Source: Candidatus Latescibacterota bacterium (GTDB lineage Bacteria > Latescibacterota > UBA2968 > UBA8231). From it: a stretch of DNA of 64,000 bases. The notes beneath the pieces were generated by a model. It searched no databases and was not told the origin of the DNA. It saw only the letters and a list, made by a program, of their open reading frames with translations. The stretch lies in NCBI GenBank assembly GCA_965217585.1, contig OZ244561.1, positions 5,472,001 to 5,536,000 on the forward strand. Reading direction: 5' to 3'. The number at the start of each line of letters is the position of its first letter. Within the stretch, counting starts at the first letter, position 1. The position numbers and the translations under genes were made by a program. Positions 20,063-29,836 of this stretch are shown here, one piece after another.

Positions 20063-21418
20063 ATGCGTCTGACCTTTGAAGAAGGCACCCTGCTCCTGCG
20101 CGACTACGTCGGCCCAGACGCGCCCCCGGCCTTTGTCTGGGATGCGCGCGTCGATCACTGGCGCGCCCAAGCCCACTTCTACCGCGAAAGCGTCGAACAC
20201 CTCAAACAAAATGGAGTCGCATTCAAGAATACGGCCCCGCGCTATAATACCCTTTCCCTGCAACTGCGAACCGCGCCTGAGCCGCACCCACACCAAGCTG
20301 AAAGCATCGCCGCTTGGCAACAGCACGGCTGTCGCGGCGTGGTCGTCTTGCCCACGGGCACGGGCAAGTCGCAGGTCGCGCTCATGGCTATGGTAGAAGT
20401 CCAGCGCAGCACCCTCGTCGTCGCTCCCACCATCGACCTGATGAACCAGTGGTACGACCTGCTCACCCGCTCGTTTGCCGTCGAGGTCGGCCTGCTCGGC
20501 GGCGGCTACCACGAGCTAGCCGACCTGACCGTCGCCACCTACGACAGCGCCTATATGCAAATGGATCGCTACGGCAACCGCTTCGGCCTCATAGTCTTCG
20601 ACGAGGTCCACCACCTGCCCGGCGAAATGTACAGCCACGCCGCCGAAATGTGTCTAGCACCCTACCGCCTAGGGCTGACGGCCACGCCGGAACGCGCCGA
20701 TGGCCGCCACGTACTCCTCGACACCTTAGTCGGTCCCATAGCCTATGAGCGCGGCATCCGCGCCTTGTCCGGCGAGTACTTGGCCGAGTATCGCGTCGAA
20801 CGCCGCCAAGTGGACATGGTCGCCGAGGAACGCGTCCAGTACGAGGCCGCCCGCGACGAGTACCGGGCCTTCCTCACCGACAAGAACATTCGCCTCGGCA
20901 CGACCGATGGCTGGCGGCACTTCGTCATGCTCTCGGCCAAAAGCACCAGCGGCCGACGCGCCATGCATGCCTACCGCCGCCATCGCCAACTCGCCCTCGG
21001 CGCGACGGCCAAGCTCCGCGTCCTCGAAGACATCCTCAAGGCCCACCCGCGCGACCGCGTGTTGATTTTTACCAACGACAACGAGACCGTCCATCAGATC
21101 TCCCGCACCTTCCTAGTCCCGGCCATTACCCACCGCACCCGCACGCGGGAGCGCAAGGCCATCCTCGAGGCCTTCAACAAGGGGGAGTACCTCGCCCTCG
21201 TCGCCTCAAAAGTGCTCAACGAGGGCGTCAATATCCCCGAAGCCAACGTCGCGGTGGTCCTCTCCGGCTCGGGCACCATCCGCGAGCACGTCCAGCGCCT
21301 CGGGCGCATCCTCCGCCGCCGCCAAGGCAAGGAAGCCGTACTCTACGAAGTGATCTCCAAAGACACGGTCGAAGATAACATCAGCGACCGCCGCCGCCGC
21401 CACGAAGCCTACGAGTAG
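20063..21418 (+). CDS. XPB/Rad25-like SF2 DEAD/DEAH helicase
   Basis: LPTGTGKS, FDEVHHL, LGLTATPER, LNEGVNIP, QRLGRILR. Confidence 0.9.
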   Translation: MRLTFEEGTLLLRDYVGPDAPPAFVWDARVDHWRAQAHFYRESVEHLKQNGVAFKNTAPRYNTLSLQLRTAPEPHPHQAESIAAWQQHGCRGVVVLPTGTGKSQVALMAMVEVQRSTLVVAPTIDLMNQWYDLLTRSFAVEVGLLGGGYHELADLTVATYDSAYMQMDRYGNRFGLIVFDEVHHLPGEMYSHAAEMCLAPYRLGLTATPERADGRHVLLDTLVGPIAYERGIRALSGEYLAEYRVERRQVDMVAEERVQYEAARDEYRAFLTDKNIRLGTTDGWRHFVMLSAKSTSGRRAMHAYRRHRQLALGATAKLRVLEDILKAHPRDRVLIFTNDNETVHQISRTFLVPAITHRTRTRERKAILEAFNKGEYLALVASKVLNEGVNIPEANVAVVLSGSGTIREHVQRLGRILRRRQGKEAVLYEVISKDTVEDNISDRRRRHEAYE

Positions 21419-21423
21419 GCACA

Positions 21424-22662
21424 GTGCTGACCTCGGACCTCTTGCTGACCCGCTCGCGCGGCCCCTATATCGAACCGCGCTATGTCGCCGTCGAGGACCC
21501 GGCCTTCATTGACCTAGCCCAAGCGCTCATCGAGATCCACGCCGAACACCAGGGCAAAACCCGGCGAGAGTTACAACACGCCCTCCACTTGCTCGCCGGG
21601 GATCGCACTGACTACCGCATCCAGCGCGGCCTAGCCAAGCTGCTCTGCGACCACTACTGCGAGTTCCACGTCGCCAGCCCTCAGCCCCCTGAAGAATTGC
21701 GCCATGCCGTTTTTACGCTGGCCCGCGCCCACCATCCGGTCGTCCGCGAGACCAGCCTCATCTACCCAGTCAAACGCGAGGATCTACTGGAGCAGGTCGC
21801 CCTCAAACACCAGATCAGCAGCGAAGACGTGCTCGCCGGGCTGTACGCCGACCTGCCCGAAAACCACCAGCTTGCCACCTTTGCCGCGCCCTCGCCCAAC
21901 GAGTTGCTCCTGCGCTATAACGTGGCATTGGCCCAAGCCATGCTCTACCGCTGCGAAATCTTGCGCCTGAGCGTCTATCGCAATCTGCCGGTGCGCTACA
22001 AGCAGCTCTTCAAGTTCATCAAGTTCTACCGACTGATCCACACCATCGAAGGCGATGTCGATGCCGGTTATGAGATCGCCCTCGACGGCCCGGTGAGCAT
22101 GTTCCGCCACTCACAGAAATACGGCCTGCAAATGGCGGTTTTCCTCCCGGCCCTATTGCTGTGTACCCGCTGGTCAATGCAAGCCGATATTGTCCGCAAG
22201 GACGACCGCCGTCAGCACTTCGTCCTCGACGACCAATCGGGCCTCGTGTCGCACTACAAGGATCAGACCCTGTACGACTCCCTGCTGGAGGAAACGTTTG
22301 CCACGCGCTTTGCCAAGGCCAAAACCGCTTGGCAGCTCGAACGCGAAAGCGAAGTGGTCAATCTCAAAGAGACTGTGATGATCCCGGACTTCACCTTCCG
22401 CCATCCCGACGGCCGCACGGCGCTTTTGGAAATCATGGGCTACTGGCGGCCCGAGTATCTGCGGCGCAAGCTCGCAAAACTACGCCAGGCCCAGCGCAAG
22501 GACTTGCTGGTGGCCGTCTCGTCCAACCTCAATGTCAGCGAGGATGATTTTAAGAACGTGCCCGGCGGAGTCTTCTTTTTTCGCAATAAGGTCCAGCCCA
22601 AAGACGTCATACATTTATTGGACCAGATCGAACCGCCCGCCGCTGGGCAACCTAGCAAGTGA
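21424..22662 (+). CDS. DUF790 (Bax1-like) endonuclease
   Basis: MLTSDLL start, RYNVALAQ, LDGP.S.F...KYG, MIPDFTF..LEIMGYW. Directly downstream of the XPB-like helicase. Confidence 0.88.
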   Translation: MLTSDLLLTRSRGPYIEPRYVAVEDPAFIDLAQALIEIHAEHQGKTRRELQHALHLLAGDRTDYRIQRGLAKLLCDHYCEFHVASPQPPEELRHAVFTLARAHHPVVRETSLIYPVKREDLLEQVALKHQISSEDVLAGLYADLPENHQLATFAAPSPNELLLRYNVALAQAMLYRCEILRLSVYRNLPVRYKQLFKFIKFYRLIHTIEGDVDAGYEIALDGPVSMFRHSQKYGLQMAVFLPALLLCTRWSMQADIVRKDDRRQHFVLDDQSGLVSHYKDQTLYDSLLEETFATRFAKAKTAWQLERESEVVNLKETVMIPDFTFRHPDGRTALLEIMGYWRPEYLRRKLAKLRQAQRKDLLVAVSSNLNVSEDDFKNVPGGVFFFRNKVQPKDVIHLLDQIEPPAAGQPSK

Positions 22663-22808
22663 GCATTACATTGTGAACTCCCGAAGGGGCGCGTGGAAAT
22701 GGCAGCCTTCTGCGCCTGAATCCATTCGTCAGCAGATCATTCTTCCATTCGGAAACCTGGCAACCCTCCACGACAGCTAAATGGTCGTGCAAAACTCTAG
22801 GAGCAACC

Positions 22809-23480
22809 ATGGACGGCATTCACGACATGGGCGGGATGCATGGATTTGGCCCCATTATACGCGAAGAAAACGAACCTTTATTCCACCATCCCTGGGAGGG
22901 CCGGGTACTTGCCATGGCGGTAGCGACCCCTGTACCAGTCCCCGGAGGCTCCCGCAACAACATCGAAAACATGGATCCGGCACACTATCTGTCGTCCAGC
23001 TATTACGAAAAATGGCTGCACTCCCGCATCAAAGGGCTGATTGACGCCGGCGTGCTAACCCCGGAAGAGTTGGAGACGCGGATGGCGCTTTTCCGACACC
23101 ATCCCAATGCCGAAACCCCGGTGCATCCCGACCCCGATGCCGTCCGAGCGGAACTCAAGCGCTCGCGCCCTGCGGATTTACCCCCACAGAAAATGGATAT
23201 CCAGCCGCAATTTTCCCCGGGCGACCGCGTACGGTCGCGCAATATCCATCCCGCAGGCCACACCCGGCTCCCCCAATACGCGCGGGGCAAATACGGCACG
23301 GTCACCAATTTCTACGGCATCTACAATCTCCAAGACGCCGAACTGCCCGCAGGATGTGCAACTCGCCAGCAACCCTTATATGCCGTGCGCTTTGACGCCG
23401 CGGAACTGTGGGGTAGTGCCGCTGAAACAAAAAGTGCCGTCTATCTGGATATGTGGGAAAGCTACCTAGAACCGGCGTAA
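22809..23480 (+). CDS. nthB: Nitrile hydratase beta subunit
   Basis: [39 protein letters not shown]. Confidence 0.95.
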   Translation: MDGIHDMGGMHGFGPIIREENEPLFHHPWEGRVLAMAVATPVPVPGGSRNNIENMDPAHYLSSSYYEKWLHSRIKGLIDAGVLTPEELETRMALFRHHPNAETPVHPDPDAVRAELKRSRPADLPPQKMDIQPQFSPGDRVRSRNIHPAGHTRLPQYARGKYGTVTNFYGIYNLQDAELPAGCATRQQPLYAVRFDAAELWGSAAETKSAVYLDMWESYLEPA

Positions 23481-23509
23481 TCAATCCCAATCACAAAAGG
23501 ATTTTCGTT

Positions 23510-24118
23510 ATGAATAATTTTCGCGAAGCCGCCCAAACCGAGACGGACGCAGCCCTGCGCACCAGAGCACTCGAATCGCTCCTGATCGAAAAGGGATTAC
23601 TTACAACGGATCTTATAGACGAAATCGTGCAGAAATATGAACAAGACGTAGGCCCGCTCAATGGCGCCAAAGTGGTTGCCCGCGCCTGGAGCGATCCGGA
23701 CTATAAGCGCCGGCTGCTCGAAGACGGCACCGCAGCTATTGCCGAACTGGGTTTTGGCGACGCACAGGGTGCCAAAATCGTCGTACTGGAAAACGCATCA
23801 AGCGTCCACCACGTCGTCGTTTGCACCCTTTGTTCCTGTTATCCCTGGTCCGTACTCGGCCTGCCGCCGAATTGGTACAAGTCCTACGCCTATCGCTCTC
23901 GGGCGGTGCGGGAGCCGAGAGCGGTCTTGCGGGAATTTGACCTCGATCTACCCGATTCGGTCGAAATCCGCGTCTGGGACAGCAACTCGGATCTCCGCTA
24001 CATGGTGCTGCCCGAACGCCCTGCCGGCACGGAAGACCATACCGAACAACAGCTCGTTTCGCTTGTCACGCGCGACTCGATGATCGGCGTGGCTAAGATT
24101 GAATCTCCTGCACAGTGA
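23510..24118 (+). CDS. nthA: Nitrile hydratase alpha subunit, cobalt-type
   Basis: VCTLCSCY metal-binding motif (Thr/Tyr indicates Co-type), [17 protein letters not shown]. Confidence 0.95.
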   Translation: MNNFREAAQTETDAALRTRALESLLIEKGLLTTDLIDEIVQKYEQDVGPLNGAKVVARAWSDPDYKRRLLEDGTAAIAELGFGDAQGAKIVVLENASSVHHVVVCTLCSCYPWSVLGLPPNWYKSYAYRSRAVREPRAVLREFDLDLPDSVEIRVWDSNSDLRYMVLPERPAGTEDHTEQQLVSLVTRDSMIGVAKIESPAQ

Positions 24119-24125
24119 GGCCAAG

Positions 24126-24503
24126 ATGACCCCAAAAGCCGACGGACATATCTCCGCAATGGAAGCACAAATCGCCCTGCCTAGAGAGAATGGAGAACTG
24201 GTTTTTCAGGCACCTTGGGAAGCACGCGCTTTTGGCCTTGCCGTTGCACTCAATGAAAAAGAGCTCTACGAGTGGCGCGAGTTCAGTGCGGAACTGGCTG
24301 CGAAAATCGCGGCGGCCGAACCAAACAACGACCCATCGAGCTATTATGCCCGCTGGGTCGCATCGCTCGAAGAGTTGGTCATTGCGAGGGGCCTAATCAG
24401 CCGGGAACAACTAGACGCCAGAACAGCAGAATACGCCGCTGGCATGTACGACGATCACGATCATCACCACGATCCGCTGACTAGGCGGCAGGCTCAGCGC
24501 TGA
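24126..24503 (+). CDS. Nitrile hydratase accessory protein (P14K/NhhG-like)
   Basis: PRENGELVFQAPWEARAF, YYARW..LE, His-rich tail. Confidence 0.9.
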   Translation: MTPKADGHISAMEAQIALPRENGELVFQAPWEARAFGLAVALNEKELYEWREFSAELAAKIAAAEPNNDPSSYYARWVASLEELVIARGLISREQLDARTAEYAAGMYDDHDHHHDPLTRRQAQR

Positions 24504-25803
24504 ATTTGCGCTGTACAAAACGCAGCGCGGCGTAGTAGCTATCGAGCTGCCCTTCCAACTGGGCGTCCTCGACGGCAGTGAGAATTTCCCTAAACAGTGG
24601 CCCGGGAGCAAAACCCAAGGCGATGAGGTCGTCGCCTGTGAGCAGGGTCGGCGGGCGCAGATGTTCCTTTTTTAAGTCGACCAACTGCTCTTGGCAAAAC
24701 TCGTATAGGTCTAGCTTACCGTGGCTGGCCAAGCAATCGGCGCGATGCAATTGGAGCAGCTCTGGGAAGTGCGGCTCGCGCGCCAGACGCGCGAGCGTGC
24801 TCGGGCGCATCTGGCGCGCGTGGCCGATCCGCATGTGGTCGGCCACAAGCACGCGAATGCGCGCGCGCGCCTCGTTGGACATGCGCAGCCGCCCGCAAAT
24901 CGCAGCCGCCATTTTGGCCCCGACCGCGTCGTGGCCATGGAAGCGGATGCGCTCGGCTCGCACCATAGTTGACGGCTTGCCAATGTCGTGGAGCAACGCG
25001 CTCCAAGCCAACTCAGCCGACGGCTTGTCGAGATATTCAAAGAGGAGCTGGACGTGGGTCCACACATCGCCTTCGGGATGGAATTCAGCGTCTTGTGGCA
25101 CGCCCCGCATGGCCGCGACTTCCGGCAGCACGGCCTGCAGCAGGCCCGACTGCTCCAAAAGGCGCAAGCCGCGCACGGCCCCGCCCTCGGTCAACAGTAG
25201 GGTTAGCTCGTCGCGGAGACGCTCGGCACTGACACCGACAATGCACCCGGCCCGGGCGCAGAGCGCGTCCCACGTCGCGGGTTCGATGGTAAAGCCGAGC
25301 CGGGCTGCAAAGCGCACGGTCCGCAACAGGCGCAGATTGTCTTCGGCAAAGCGCGCGGCCGGGTCGCCGATGGCACGGATGATCCCAGCGTCGAGATCGC
25401 ACTGCCCGCCGACGTAATCGAGGATCGCGCCGCTTTCCGGGTCGTAGAACAGGCCGTTAATGGTAAAGTCGCGGCGCTGGGCGTCGGCGCGGCCGTCGGC
25501 CAGCTCGATGGATGCGGGACGGCGACCATTGTGGTACGGGCCATCGCGGCGGAAGCGCGCCACCTCGTAGTCGCCCTCTTCGAGCACCACCACCGAGATG
25601 CCAAACTGCGCGCCTACCGCCACCGTGTTCTCGAAGAGCGCAGCCACCTCTTCTGGCCCGGCATCCGTAGCCACATCCCAGTCCTTGGGCACGCGCCCCA
25701 ACGCCAAGTCACGCACACAACCACCGGCCAGCAGAGCTTGGAAGCCGGCCCGGCGCAAGGTCTCGACGACGCGCAGGGCCCCAGGGTCTATATCTGCGTC
25801 CAT
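24481..25803 (-). CDS. cca: CCA tRNA nucleotidyltransferase with HD domain
   Basis: GGCVRD..PKDWDVAT, RRDFTING, EDNLRLLR, HPEGDVW.H, LLHDIGKP. Confidence 0.92.
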   Translation of the reverse strand: MDADIDPGALRVVETLRRAGFQALLAGGCVRDLALGRVPKDWDVATDAGPEEVAALFENTVAVGAQFGISVVVLEEGDYEVARFRRDGPYHNGRRPASIELADGRADAQRRDFTINGLFYDPESGAILDYVGGQCDLDAGIIRAIGDPAARFAEDNLRLLRTVRFAARLGFTIEPATWDALCARAGCIVGVSAERLRDELTLLLTEGGAVRGLRLLEQSGLLQAVLPEVAAMRGVPQDAEFHPEGDVWTHVQLLFEYLDKPSAELAWSALLHDIGKPSTMVRAERIRFHGHDAVGAKMAAAICGRLRMSNEARARIRVLVADHMRIGHARQMRPSTLARLAREPHFPELLQLHRADCLASHGKLDLYEFCQEQLVDLKKEHLRPPTLLTGDDLIALGFAPGPLFREILTAVEDAQLEGQLDSYYAALRFVQRKFSAEPAA

Positions 25804-25808
25804 CCTAT

Positions 25809-26795
25809 TTACTCAGCCACCTTAAAACTCTCAACCCGACTCACCGAATTCTCAATCCCCTCGGCGTGCGTACTGGCCACGACTTTCCAGTAGTACACCT
25901 GTCCGGGTTCGAGCGTGACCAAGCGACCTTCCTTAATGCGACCGGTAAATACGGCTGTGGTATCGCTAGTCAGCGGAATGTCCGACACTTCGCCGCTGGT
26001 CAGCGAGGTGGTGACGATCACCCGGAATGCGTGCGCCTCGGGCAAGCGGCTCCAAGTAAAGGTCAAAGGTGCAGAGCTCTCTTCCCCGGCGACCGGGACC
26101 AACAGCACCGGCGAGGGCAGCGCGACATCGCTCACCTCCTCGGAGGCATTGCTTTCCTTGCCGCCGCCATCTATCGCCGTAATCCGGTAGTAGTACACCG
26201 CGCCGACCTCGATCTCCTCGTCGACAAAGCCCGGCCCTGACACCTGCTTCAGCAAATGCTCGAGGCTCGGAGTAAAACCCGCCTCAGTCGAGCGATAGAC
26301 CCGGTAGCCAACGAGATCGGTCTCCGGGTTTTCATTCCAGTCGAGTGTAATGTCGAGCTGGCCGAGTAATTCGAGGTGGTGCGCTACGGCGCGCACCGAA
26401 GCCGGCACCTGCGGGCTCAAGCTGTTGAGGGGCTGTCCACTGATGGCATTCGAGGGGCTGCTCTCGCCGCCGCCGTTTATCGCGGTTACTCGATAGGTGT
26501 ACTCCAGCTCGTATTGCAGGCCCTGATCCTTGAATCGGGTCTCGAACGTGGAGTCGATGGCCACGGCCGCGGCGTCCCCCACCGAGCGATAGACGACGTA
26601 GAGCACCTCGTCTGCGCCCCCGGCAGCCTGCCAATTGAGCCACACCTCGCCGTCGCCGATGCGTTCCACACTCAGCGCGCGCGGCGCCTGTGGGGGATCG
26701 ACAGTTGCGACGGGAGCGGTGCCCTTTTCGCCGTCGCCGCCGCAGTGCCACAACCCGACGACGACGACAATCCATGCAAATTTTAGGCGTTTCAT
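25809..26795 (-). CDS. Fibronectin type III repeat lipoprotein
   Basis: Signal peptide ending LWHC-GG. Two FN3 units (YRVTAING.GES, YYYRITAID..GKES). Confidence 0.75.
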   Translation of the reverse strand: MKRLKFAWIVVVVGLWHCGGDGEKGTAPVATVDPPQAPRALSVERIGDGEVWLNWQAAGGADEVLYVVYRSVGDAAAVAIDSTFETRFKDQGLQYELEYTYRVTAINGGGESSPSNAISGQPLNSLSPQVPASVRAVAHHLELLGQLDITLDWNENPETDLVGYRVYRSTEAGFTPSLEHLLKQVSGPGFVDEEIEVGAVYYYRITAIDGGGKESNASEEVSDVALPSPVLLVPVAGEESSAPLTFTWSRLPEAHAFRVIVTTSLTSGEVSDIPLTSDTTAVFTGRIKEGRLVTLEPGQVYYWKVVASTHAEGIENSVSRVESFKVAE

Positions 26796-26872
26796 ATTCT
26801 TCTACCTCCCCAGATAGATTAATCGCCTCTCTGCCAAAAGTACCATTACCCACCCAAAATGGGCAAGCACTT

Positions 26873-26901
26873 TTGACAAGCAGCCGCCTCGAAGTTATTG
26901 T
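26873..26901 (+). promoter_or_regulatory. sigma70-type promoter
   Basis: TTGACA-17bp-TATTGT, with the ATG at 26908 seven bases past the -10 box. Confidence 0.6.
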
Positions 26902-26907
26902 GTCGCT

Positions 26908-27792
26908 ATGTTGTCTTTGCTCTATGGCCTCATCCGCATCGCCCTATGTGCGTTGGTGCCTTTCTGCGTGGCTTGCGGTCTTTTTTTACTCGAATACCAA
27001 ACCCAATTCGCGGCCCGCTACATCGGCCAATACCTGATGCAACAAAACCCAGAGCGCCAGCCGGGAGGTGCGCTCTGGCAGGGCATTCTCGCTAGCCGGC
27101 AGACCCGCATGGCCCTATCCGACTCGCTGGCCGAGGCCCCTCTAGAACCGAGCCAAGCCCCGCTGCCGGTTTTGCAAAACCACTATCAGCTCCAGTACCA
27201 CGGCACCCACGCGGCGTTTTTTGCAGTCGCGCGGCGAGACACCGCCCTCCAGCCCGATCACCTCAGCCCGGAGACTCTGCGCGAACTCGCCTATTCCCTG
27301 CAGATTTACGAGCAGGGGCGCTACCTGCTAACCCAAGCCATCATACCCGGCGACGCCTCGTATCTCCACTCCCTCATCGGTGCGCAAATAGCCCTAGAGG
27401 ACGGCTCGCTCTTCCACCAGCTCCACAAGTGGCTGCTGGCAAAAGACGAGCCAGAAGCCTGGACCTTTCTGAAGATGAAAGAGGAAGACATAGCCTACTG
27501 GCACCAGCACCTAGCGCCGCTTTTGAGCGCGGACCCCGATCACGCGCAAAGCGATGCCGGGCCGATCATCACCGCGGCCTTGGCGCAGATCGTGCAAGCC
27601 CGGGCCGACTCGCTGCGCCAGAGCGAGACCGAGCGCCTGCTCGCGGCTTGGGATAGCGCGGACGGCTTTGAGCTGCGCCTGACCCGCACTGGGGACCAAT
27701 TCGCCGCGTACGCGCTGGTGCCGGGCCACGAGGCCACGGCGCTCGTGCTGCCGGCCCAGCTCGTGCAACAACGCCTCGGGCTTGCGCAATGA
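26908..27792 (+). CDS. Hypothetical membrane-anchored protein, translationally coupled to PBP1A
   Basis: N-terminal TM helix and ATGA overlap with the next gene. No family recognised. Confidence 0.7.
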   Translation: MLSLLYGLIRIALCALVPFCVACGLFLLEYQTQFAARYIGQYLMQQNPERQPGGALWQGILASRQTRMALSDSLAEAPLEPSQAPLPVLQNHYQLQYHGTHAAFFAVARRDTALQPDHLSPETLRELAYSLQIYEQGRYLLTQAIIPGDASYLHSLIGAQIALEDGSLFHQLHKWLLAKDEPEAWTFLKMKEEDIAYWHQHLAPLLSADPDHAQSDAGPIITAALAQIVQARADSLRQSETERLLAAWDSADGFELRLTRTGDQFAAYALVPGHEATALVLPAQLVQQRLGLAQ

Positions 27793-29831
27793 GACACCCA
27801 TTGCGCATCGGCGCAGTCCTGACCGTACTCCTCGTTTTGGCGACCGGGCTAGGAGTGGGTTACGCAATCCAGCGCATAGCCCCGAGCTTGCCCAGCCTGC
27901 CCACCGACCCGCGCGAGCTGGGCATCCGCCCCGGCACGGAGATGTACGCAGCCTCTGGCGAGCGCATCTACACCTTCAATCAGAGCCGCCAATGGGTGCC
28001 CCTCGAACACATCAGTCCCCACGTGCGCAACGCGCTCATCGCCACCGAGGACGCGCGCTTCTACCACCACCGAGGGATCGACCTGCTGTCCATTGTCGGC
28101 GCGGTGCGCGACAACCTGCTAGAGGGCAGCCTCACCCGCGGCGGCAGCACCTTGACCCAACAGCTCGTCAAGCGCCTGTTCTTTTCGCCGAAAAAGACCT
28201 TTGAACGCAAGCTGTCGGAAGCACTCCTCGCCGTGCAGCTAGAGGCGTTTTTTGCCGCTTCGTACCCAGACACCAACGCCGCTGGCCAACCCGCGTACAA
28301 AGATCGCCTCCTAGAGCTGTACCTCAACGAAGTCTTCTACGGCACCAACGCCTACGGCATTCACGACGCCGCGGCCACCTTCTTCAACACGACCCCAGAC
28401 TCGCTGAGCCGGCCCCGTGCCGCCATGCTCATCGGCCAGATCAACGCCCCGACCGCGTACAATCCCCTGCGACACCCCGAACGGGCCACCGACCGGCTGC
28501 AACACGTGCTCGACCGCATGGTCGCCAGCGGCTTTCTCGACCCGGAGACGCGCCGGGAATACGCCGCTCTCCGAGCCGAAGACCTCATTGACCCCGGCTA
28601 CCCGCCCCGCAACCCAGTGCCCTATTGGGTCGAAGCCATCAATGCGGAAATCGTCCGGCAGTGGGGGCCGTCGGCCCTGCACTACGGGAGCCTGAAGGTC
28701 TATACCACCTTGGACATTGCGATGCAAGAAGCGGCCGAAGACGCCGTGGCCAAGGGGATGATCGAACTGGATGAGCGACTGGGGTTTAAACCCTATGCAG
28801 AAGCGTCGATGGCCGAGCGCCCGGTCTACGTCCAAGGCGCGTTGGTGTGCCTGTCGCCGACCGGAAAAGTGCTGGCCATGGTCGGGGGTCGGGACATTTT
28901 CGTCAGCTACTACAACCGAGCTCTAACCGCCCGCCGCCAGCCCGGCTCCGGCTTTAAGCCGATGGCCTATCTAGCGGCTTTGGAAGCGGGTGAAATCAGC
29001 CCGGTCACCGTCTTTAACGATCAGCCGCGCACCTATATCGTCAACGGGCAAAAGTGGGAACCACGCAACTACGGCGGCCGCTACTTGGGACAGACGACCG
29101 CGGCGTGGGCCTTAGTTCGCTCGGCCAACTCCACGGCTATACAAATCTCCGAGCGCGTCGGCCCGGAGCGCGTCGTCGAGACCGCCCACCGCTTGGGTTT
29201 TGCCGGGCCAATAGGAGCCTACAAGAGCATTGCCTTGGGTGTCGCCGAAGTTACCGTGTTGGAAATGGCCACGGCGTACGGGACTTTTGCCAACTACGGA
29301 TTGCAGGTGACGCCGATCTTGATAGAGCGCATCGTCGATACCGACGGCCTGCCGATCTTCACCCATCAGCCGCAGATCCGCCAAGTTATCGCGCCCGACC
29401 TTGCCGCGCAGATGGTTCACCTCTTGCGTCAAGCCGTAGATCGCGGCACCGGCCGCCGAGTGCGCAGGTTGGGCTTTGCGCGGCCAGCTGCCGGCAAGAC
29501 CGGGACGACCAACGACAATACCGACGCTTGGTTCACCGGCTTCACACCGGACTTAGTCGCCAGCGTCTGGGTGGGGTTTGACGACCGCCGCACCCATAAG
29601 CTGATGGATACGCGCGGGGTGCAAATCACCGGCGGCAGCGGTGCTGTGCCCATCTGGACGGATTTTATGATCGCGGTAAACGAGGGGCGGCTAGAGAAGG
29701 ATTTTGACGTGCCCGAAGAGGTGAATATCTACAGCGTGGATCCCCGCACCGGCAAGGTGCGCTCAAAGCCCAACAAGGACGGGGTTCAGCCGCTGTCGGT
29801 GGCCTTGCGCCGAGGCGAGCGGCCCAACTGA
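27789..29831 (+). CDS. Class A penicillin-binding protein (PBP1A family)
   Basis: Transglycosylase EDARFY.H.G and GGSTLTQQLVK. Transpeptidase SGFK, SAN and KTG motifs. Confidence 0.93.
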   Translation: MRHPLRIGAVLTVLLVLATGLGVGYAIQRIAPSLPSLPTDPRELGIRPGTEMYAASGERIYTFNQSRQWVPLEHISPHVRNALIATEDARFYHHRGIDLLSIVGAVRDNLLEGSLTRGGSTLTQQLVKRLFFSPKKTFERKLSEALLAVQLEAFFAASYPDTNAAGQPAYKDRLLELYLNEVFYGTNAYGIHDAAATFFNTTPDSLSRPRAAMLIGQINAPTAYNPLRHPERATDRLQHVLDRMVASGFLDPETRREYAALRAEDLIDPGYPPRNPVPYWVEAINAEIVRQWGPSALHYGSLKVYTTLDIAMQEAAEDAVAKGMIELDERLGFKPYAEASMAERPVYVQGALVCLSPTGKVLAMVGGRDIFVSYYNRALTARRQPGSGFKPMAYLAALEAGEISPVTVFNDQPRTYIVNGQKWEPRNYGGRYLGQTTAAWALVRSANSTAIQISERVGPERVVETAHRLGFAGPIGAYKSIALGVAEVTVLEMATAYGTFANYGLQVTPILIERIVDTDGLPIFTHQPQIRQVIAPDLAAQMVHLLRQAVDRGTGRRVRRLGFARPAAGKTGTTNDNTDAWFTGFTPDLVASVWVGFDDRRTHKLMDTRGVQITGGSGAVPIWTDFMIAVNEGRLEKDFDVPEEVNIYSVDPRTGKVRSKPNKDGVQPLSVALRRGERPN

Positions 29832-29836
29832 AGGAT

